The position numbers and the translations under genes are program-made. A stretch of DNA of 64,000 bases from assembly GCF_037042905.1 (NCBI RefSeq), contig NC_087252.1, forward strand, positions 12,028,001 through 12,092,000. The letters run 5' to 3'. Source of the stretch: Lytechinus pictus. Lineage: Eukaryota. The stretch's first letter is position 1, and each line of letters begins with the position of its first letter. The notes under the pieces were generated by a model. It saw nothing but the letters and a program-made list of their open reading frames with translations, was not told where the DNA came from and made no database searches. Below, piece by piece: positions 52,258-60,754 of the stretch.

Positions 52258-55200
52258 TCATTTTCCGATGATGAACTCTTGTTTCCAGGCAACGAAAAGA
52301 GATGAAGATCTCGTCTGGTGTTGGTGGATGATGAACCCAGAAGGTGCATTTGGAATCAAATCTGTAAAAAAAAAAAATAGATGAGAACTGCAAAAATATA
52401 TATATATATATAACGAGATGAATTTTTAAAGATTAACAAAATGTTAAATCAATACAATACTTTCTGTAATATGACATTATTGAAAATATAACGTATATAT
52501 TTCATGTTGAAGCAAAATTAGTTAAAGTATTTTTTCCTTATCATCTATTTAGTTTAAAATGAAACATATCAAATTCAAGTAGTTTACAATGATGAGGAGA
52601 CATTATAAGCCACAGGCCTAAATAATGATGATTCTCCATGTATGCAAATCAATGCGAAATCAATTAAGTAATACAAATTACACAAAGTATTTTGAAATAT
52701 TTAAATATTTTTAATTTGGTATTCGATTATTAGAAAATGGGGGGAAATAGTTGTAAGCTTACACAGATAAAGGGAATCGAATACCGCACTTCCCGAGCCA
52801 TAGTCTGATACAGCGGTGCATTTATAAACAGAATAATAATTGGAGAGTGGGTTTTGAATCCCAAGTACACTGGACGTTAGTGTTGCGTTTTCCGATATTG
52901 TCTCGTGGAGTCTGTAGTTATTGGTGTCCTTGGATACTACAGTTTCGTTGCAAAACCAAACGAAAGTAGTGACAAGAGGATTAGCGTCCGCTTTACATAT
53001 CAACACGAGCTCCGTAGTCCCATTTGCTTTGCTCGATGTACGACGTCGGACAGTAATTGACACAACGGGAGCATCTAGATCAGAGACAAAATGCAATTTG
53101 CTAGTAATGAACATGAATTAAAAGAAGCATACGGATCATAAGAAAAGGACATAAATCGATAATGATTTTTTTTTTCTTAGAAAGAGGCAAGACGGACAAC
53201 AAAACGTTGTCTAATTACTTTGTAAAAAAAAAGGTTGCAGTGTCATTTTATACATAATTTGTCTCATGGCGACGTTTATAGTTTCTTTACAATTTTTAAA
53301 ACATCTACTAAACATGCGAGCAGGAAGAGCAGATAAAAAATACTTTAAAAGCCAATGGGTCAACTAGGAAAATATGATTAAGGTCGATTGCATTAAAAAA
53401 AAAAAGGTTCCCTATCTATCCGACCAGCCAAGCAGTCTTATCGGAGCTATTACCAAAACCAGAACTTACACGTTACGTTCAGAACCAAGCTTTGATTCAG
53501 CGAACGAGCTTGGAATGTTGTCGGTTGAAGTGCCCGACAGAGAAGTTGTTTTCCATTGTCAAATCTCGTCGGTATTAGAGTAAGCGTGCTTTCAGCATCA
53601 TATCGAGCAGCTGTATTTTCACTTATGTTTAAAGATGAATCCTCTGTAAGATTTTTTGATCCAATGTACCAATGAATTAACGGTGCGGGATATCCATTAA
53701 CAGCTTTGCAGGATATATTTGTTTCTATGTCGTCGTACAGATCCCCAAGAAAAGTCATTTTGATGCCTCTTGGCGGGCCTTTGAACGAAACGTAAAAAAC
53801 GATATACATAATCCAATGCCGTAAAAGTAGGAAATAAGTTCGTGTTCAATATGAACCCGCTTAATGTATTTTGTAATTAATAGAAGGGGTCGAAAACACA
53901 TCCTGCAAACGTTCATTTTCTTAGATTATGTGAAATCCCCAAAGCCATCGATGACGACGTAGTCCTTTTTAGCAATGAAAATTGTAAGAAATCCTAAACA
54001 ATACTATTTAGAATATTTTTTTCAGCATGCAAATGAGCATGGTTAACATCGGATAACACATAAAAAGGGATACTATTTCATCAACATTGTGCCTAAATAA
54101 GGAATGCAGTTTCAACAATTGCAAACCTAAAGGGGTGAAGAAGAACTCACCGTAAACGATTACTTTGGCATACACCAATTCCACTACAGATCCTTCAAGC
54201 GATGCGAAGCATTTAATGTACTGTCCATGATGCACAGTATTTAAGTGTAAGATTACAGTACCCTCGGTGTCAAACAGAGCATCGTCCAAAATGCTTCTTT
54301 CGCTTGAGATATTTGGAAGAATTCTTTCGCCGAGACCATTGCCACTTTCTAACTGAAAGGATAGTTCAGTCGCTGGGAATGACCCAATACTTCTACATGT
54401 GATTGAAGTCGGTGAATCTTCTTGAACGTATATCAGTCTTGACTGGGAATGGCTACCTCCAGTTGAAAAGAGCAGCACACTCATAGGAAGAACTTCAAAG
54501 GAAAAGGGAAAGAGCGAGGGATAAAGGGAGATAAAGACAGGGGAAAAGGGAAGGAATGACAATAACAATTGTGTTGAATATCATTAAAAGATGCTAAATG
54601 GCATGAAGAATTGGATGAATTTTAAAAGAGACGCGCCGTTTGCTTTGATTTTTTGGTATACGTAGAATATTAACATCGGGTGATAAATATATTTGCAAGA
54701 AAAAGAAATGGATTGGTCTAAGAGTAATATTGCTCAATGTACAGAGGTTTGTGTAAAATGGACGATGACAAGCTTGGAGTAAATGAGGCAGCCATCGGTA
54801 TACATAACCTAAAGACAGATATATTCATACAAAATACCTACCATGTACATTCATATTTACTGTGTATTGAAGGTTTTCTGATAGTTCTTGATGTGATGCG
54901 ATGCAGCTAAGAATCTTTCCGTGGTTATCCCTTGAGGGTGTTATTGTCACGGCTTTCTGAGAGATGTAAAAGCTGTCTTGGATATTATCAGACTGATCCT
55001 GATGAACAACTGCCATATCATCAGGTAAACGCCATTCCAATACTGCAGTCGGCCTTGCTCCATATGCTTCACATGTGATGTCTTGTTGTTGGTCAGCTAT
55101 TACGGTTAGAGAGATGTTTTTTGAGTAGTAAATGGTGCCCTTTCCATCAATGATATAGAGCCAAGTGGGTGGAGCTTGCGATGAAAAATATAATGCATTC

Positions 55201-55550
55201 AAGTAAATGTAATGCATTTAAGTATTAGAGGCATCATTCTGTATTTTTCGAATTCATTTTACGCGAAATGATACATACTTATATATAGAATTATGTAATA
55301 AGATGCCCTAGTAGAATATTCGGAGATCCGTTAAAGTAACTACCATCCTTCATGTGGCCTACAAATAATTTAGGGGCCATATTCATGCATCTGTGCTAAC
55401 CCTAGCATATTCATACGGACAGTGCTTATTTGCTTCGTGCAAACCACTGTAATGAAGGAAATTACACTACACATCATACTTACAGCTTTGCGAGATGATA
55501 ATTCCAAGGCAAAGACCGAGAACTACTTGCATTGAAATGGACGTCATCAT
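52258..55550 (-). CDS. Variable cassette 6: signal peptide, 4 Ig exons, FN3 stub (intact; close paralog of cassette 4)
   Basis: Leader 55484-55550; Ig1 54842-55174; Ig2 54151-54492; Ig3 53470-53778; Ig4 52763-53074; stub 52258-52361 ending VAWKQEFIIGK*. Confidence 0.88.
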
Positions 55551-55752
55551 TCAGCCTGTTCAGTGATCATACAGTAGGCAATGCGAAGACGTTCTGTATG
55601 TTCCGACAGACAGAACATTCTAACAAAAAGACATGAAATGTTTGGACAATTAACAATGGCACTTACTTACATTCCTTCCTTCTTACTTGGATTCGGTTTC
55701 GCAAACTGTCTTAAATAGCCACCAATATAACATGTAACAAAAGTGTTAGATC

Positions 55753-55770
55753 GAAAGCGGGCGCTCTTTC
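55753..55770 (-). promoter_or_regulatory. Conserved cassette upstream element
   Basis: GAAAGCGGGCGCTCTTTC ~200 bp upstream of the ATG at 55550. Confidence 0.7.
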
Positions 55771-56161
55771 ATCAGTGGGCCTGAGTATAATTTGAATATC
55801 GTTATGCAAGGGTATCAAAATAGTATGCGGTATATATTTTCATAATGGATTTTATGCGAGTGTAGAAATCTGTTCAAATTGAATACGAAAAAGAACAAGC
55901 CTGTTTTTTCATTGAACTCACATTCAAACAACGAGCAAAATTTTTTTTATATCGAATGTAGTTTTATTTTTGTAAAACTAAGCTCAAACGCGATAAAAGT
56001 AGGGGAAAGCGATTTTCATGATTGAAGTGTGGAAATTGATACTCCTAGCTATCTTTCACACTGCTCCGTTTCTTGCAGTTATATTCTTGTCAAAGTGATC
56101 GTTTCAGTTCGTTCTAATTTTTAACAATCTCTGTTTTGTTCTTGGAACTATTTACAAAAGT

Positions 56162-59100
56162 TTAATCATGTATGAGGATCTGTTTTAACGACAACGTGCA
56201 TATGGCGAATGTAGCGATGTTCTCATACCCTAATGTTGATCCTGGTTGCCAGGAAACGAAAAGAGATGAAGATCTCGTCTGATTTTGGTGCATGATGAAC
56301 CCAGATGGCGGATTCGGGATAAAATCTGTAAAACAGAAGAAACATTGTAAAAACAAAACATAACGGGATACGTTAATAACAAAGATGAAATATAAAATCA
56401 ATACATCAATATTTATGTGCTAAGACGATATTGGTAGGATTAAATGATTATTTGATTTTGAAACAAAATGTATTAATTAATTTATTATTTTTCTTTATTC
56501 GAATTGAAATACAACATATCAAATTCAACTATTTTACGATATGGAGGGTCCATTAAAAGCCACATGTCTAACAATGTTTTATTTTTGTTTGGTATAAGAC
56601 GAAAAACATCAAATATATGTATGTAAAACCACACAAAGTATGTATAATTATTTTGATCACATCACTTTATTTGTTATTGATTATTTCAAAAGTAAATGAT
56701 AATAGCTTACACAAATAAAGGGAACTGGATTCTGCACTTCTCGAGCCGTATTCTGATACAGCGGTGCATTTATAAACACAATGATATTTGGAGAGTGGGT
56801 TTTGAATCGCAAGTACGCTCGATGCTAGTGTTGCATCTTCATATAGAGTCTCGGTGAGTCTGTAGTTGGTGTCGTTTGACACTACAGTTTCGTGGCATAG
56901 CCAATCGACGGTATTGACAGGAGGATTGGCGTCCGCTTTACACGTCAACACGAGCTTAGTAGTCCCACTTGCTATGTTTGATGCAAGACGTCGAGCAGTA
57001 ATTGTCACAACGGGATGATCTACATCACAGACACAAAATAAAAAAATTATAGAAATGGATAAGAAAAGTATAATAATCATGGGGACGGGATAAAGATAGA
57101 TGATAAAATCAAGTTCATGTACGTAAAAAGAAGCAAAACACAAAACAAAACATTGTCCAATAACTTTCTGAAAAGAAGGATGCAGTGTCATTTTGGATAA
57201 AGTTTGTCTCGTTTCTACATTTACAGTGTGTGAACGTAAAAAGAAATCCAAATGGGTCACGTTTTCTTTAGAAATATTGTTTAACACATAACAAGCGGAC
57301 AGCAGAAGCAGAAAAAAGTATCTTAAATAATCAAAGAGTCAACGAGGAAAGCGTGTAGACAGACAAGATTATCTGCAATTCAAACGGGTTAACTATATAT
57401 ATTCCCCCAGTCCACTAGTCTTATTTAATGCATTAAAAAAAATCACCACTTACATGTTATGTTCAGAACCAAGCTTTGATTCACCGAACGAGCTGGGAGT
57501 GTTGTAGGTTGAACTGCTTCGCATAGAAGACTTTTCCCATGATCAAACCTCGTCGGTCTTAGAGTTAGGACGCTTTCAGCATCATATCGACCAGCTTTAT
57601 TTTCACTAATGTTTAAAGATGAATCCTCTGTATGATTTCTTGATCCGATGAACCAATGGATATGCGGTGCAGGGTATCCATTAACAGCTTTGCAGGTTAC
57701 ATTTATCTCTATACCTTCGTAGAGGTCCGCTGGATAAGTAATTTTGATACCTTCTGGTGGGCCTTTTAACGAATCGTAAAAAGGGTATGTATAAATCAAT
57801 ACCGTAAATTCAATAATACTATTTTGGTTCAAACGGTACCTACTTGGTGTATTCTGTAATTTGTAGAAGGGGTGGAAATAAAATCCATCTTACAAACCTT
57901 CGTTTCCTTACATTAAGTGAAATCCCCAATATCAGCGATGACGAACTGAATATCAGTAAGACCCCCCCCCCCTCCATACACATCTATTTAGAATATTATA
58001 CTTTGTCATGTACATGTAAATTATGGCGGTTAAGACGAGATACATGTAACTTCTAATAAGCCAATAGATTGTAAGATATTTTGTATGACAAAAAAACGCC
58101 TTTTGAAAAACAAACCACCAACCAAAAGGGGGAAAACTCACCGTAAACAATCACTTTGGTGGACATAAATCCGACTATGTGTTGTTGAAATGATGCGTAG
58201 CAATAAACGTACTTCTCATGATGCTCAATATTTAGGTGCATGGTAATAGCTCCCTCGGTGTCGAACAACGTATCGTCTAAAGTACTCCTTTTGCTGGAGA
58301 TATTTACACGAATAGGGATCCTGTCAGCAAGACCAGTGTCACCTTCTATCTGAAATGATAGTTCGGTCGCTGGGAATGACCCAATACTTTTGCAAGTAAT
58401 TGAAGTCGGTGAATCTTCTTGAACGTATATGTCTATTGACTGTGACTGTTTATCTCCAGTTGGAAAGAGCAGCAGCTTTATAGGAGGTACTTCAAAGGAA
58501 AAGAGAAGAGCAAGTCAGCGAGTTAGGGTAAGGCAGAGAGGAAATGAGAGAAGGAATGATTTTAAAGAATTTAGTTCACTTAACACATGCTAAATAGAAT
58601 AAATGATCAGAATATTTTGAAGTCGGCTTGTTTAACAGTAATATTGCTTTACATCTATAAGTTTGTTTTGTTTGATCAATAAAAGGCTGGACAACAAAAA
58701 TGAGAATGCATGTCATCGGGACATAACCAACAGATAGAAATATTCATGAAAATACTTACCCTGAACAGTAAGGTGAACAGAGCATTGAAGAATCCTTTGT
58801 AGTTCTGGGTGTAATGCGACGCAGCTCAAAATCTTCCCTTGGTCAATTCTCGAGGATGTGATTGTAACCGCCTTCCTGGAGATGTAAAAACTGTCTTTAA
58901 TGACATCCGACTGTTCCTGATGAACAACGGCCACATCCTCTGGTATACGCCATTCCAATTTTGCAGGAGGCAATGCCCGCGTTGCTATACATGATATGTT
59001 GTACGGCTCTCCAGCTATTACCGTTAAAGAGTAGTTGTTGAAGAAGCGGATGCCCTCTCCATCAATGATGTAGATCCAAGTGGGTTGAGCTTGCGATGAA

Positions 59101-59168
59101 AATATAATGCATTCAGTATTAAAGAAAATATTCTTTATTGTTCTAAATGATTTTACATGGAAGGATAC

Positions 59169-59210
<42 letters not shown>

Positions 59211-59826
59211 AAAGACTTAATAGAAACGCCGTAAGGAGACATAATCTTCCAAATTTTCGGTCATAGACCTTCTTCAGGGATGAATTTATTAAATCCAAAA
59301 CAGGTTGCATCATTTGGTGATGATACCAACGCGCAATAAATATAATGCGCAACAACATAACTAACGCGACAGGTGCATTGTTAGATGATATTGTGACGTA
59401 ATGAGTAAAGTCCAGGCAACTATTATGACGTAGAGTAAAAACGGCAAAAGAGTCTATCGATCCATCGGTAAAGAAAGAAAAGTTCACTTGGTCTCAGGCA
59501 TTGGGAAGGCGCGGAAAGACACATTCATTCCGTGGGGTGCGAGGGTCCCGAGACTGTAGATCAGCTTCTCTTCTTTGAGTTTGCGATCCGTCTCACGGTC
59601 GCAAGGGATGGCAACGCATACCTGTAGATCGTTGATGAAATGTCCAGGTTGGTTGAAATGCGTTGCAACTGGAAGGCCAGGTGTGTTAAGTCGGATCGAA
59701 CGCAGGTGCTCTGTTACTCTGTCTGCTAGACGTCGTTTGGTCTCTCCAATATAAAGCTTAGAGCAGCGAGAGCATCGTATAGCATATACGACGTTTCTGG
59801 TGGTGCACTTGAAGCACCATATTGAA

Positions 59827-59872
<46 letters not shown>

Positions 59873-60137
59873 ATTATTCAATATGGTGCCCTCGCTGAAT
59901 ATTCGCACCTTAAAGTATCATCCATCATATTAAGTACAGGGTTCTTTTGGGAATAATTTAGGGGAAAATATACGCATTCATGCTAACCCATGCGTATTCA
60001 TACGGCAAGTGTTTATGTGCTTCGTACAAACTACGTTCATGAACGATATTACACTACGATTCATACTTACAGCTTTGTGAGATGATAATTTCAAGGCAAA
60101 GACCAATAACTACTTGCATTGAAATGGACGTCATCAT
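56162..60137 (-). CDS. Variable cassette 7: signal peptide, 4 Ig exons, FN3 stub (intact)
   Basis: Leader 60071-60137 (MMTSISMQVVIGLCLEIIISQS, in-frame TGA just upstream); Ig1 58760-59089; Ig2 58142-58489; Ig3 57454-57762; Ig4 56711-57019; stub 56162-56325. Confidence 0.88.
59201..59815 (-). mobile_element. Penelope-like element 3' fragment (GIY-YIG endonuclease) between (TA)n tracts in cassette 7 intron 1
   Basis: CTTRNVVYAIRCSRCSKLYIGETKRRLADRVTEH..PVATHFN..EEKLIYSLGTLAPHGMN; flanked by TA runs at ~59171-59200 and ~59831-59871. Confidence 0.88.
59248..59281 (-). ncRNA. Minimal type I hammerhead ribozyme motif of the Penelope-like element
   Basis: Minus strand tcc-CTGAAGA-a-GGTC-tat-GACC-GAAA-attt-gga. 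Confidence 0.65.
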
Positions 60138-60317
60138 TCAGTGATCATAGGCAATGAGACGACGTTCTGTCTATTCTGACAGACAGAAGATTCTAACAAA
60201 AAAACATAAAATGGTTGGACAATGAACAATGGCACTTCCGTATATTCCCTCCTTCTCACTTGGATTCGGTTTCGCATACTGTCTTAAATACCCATCAATA
60301 CAAAAGTTCGCTAGATC

Positions 60318-60336
60318 GAAAGCGGGCGCTCTTTCG
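60318..60336 (-). promoter_or_regulatory. Conserved cassette upstream element
   Basis: GAAAGCGGGCGCTCTTTCG ~180 bp upstream of the ATG at 60137. Confidence 0.7.
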
Positions 60337-60499
60337 TCAGTTGACCTGAGTATGATATGATTATCATTCTGTAAGGGTATCAAAATAGCATCCAGTATGC
60401 GACTGTAGAAATCTTTTCAAATCGAATACCAAAACAAACGAGCCTGTTTTTCATTGAACTCACATTCAAACAACGAGCAAAAAAATATATATATATATG

Positions 60500-60754
60500 T
60501 GTGGCGTCGCGCAAAAACCAGACTATTGGTGAGAGACAATAAATGCGCTAGGACGTCATTTAAATACGCGTGTCATCAAACTTTTGTCTGGCGCGCGTCG
60601 CGAGGAAAAACAAAACAAACAACCCGTGGGAAATAAAAAAAAATGTCAGGCGCATTTTTATTTTTCAGAACTGTGGATATCGGCTCGATATATTTGGTGG
60701 CGGGTTCGGATACATGTTGATTGAATTTAATTCCCTTGGCTGAAATCCATGAAG
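60500..60754 (+). other. CpG-rich segment ending in a strong plus-strand donor; possible first exon of a divergent transcript or an inserted element
   Basis: CGCG-rich 60500-60610; CATGAAG|GTAAGT at 60754; no protein identified. Confidence 0.3.

Noticed and set aside
12009-53583. Recurrent plus-strand ORFs such as MLSASYRPALFSLMFK
   Set aside because: Antisense shadows of the paralogous Ig exons.
24471-60336. RAG-type V(D)J rearrangement of the cassettes
   Set aside because: No heptamer/nonamer signals were seen at consistent positions; exons are bounded by ordinary splice sites.
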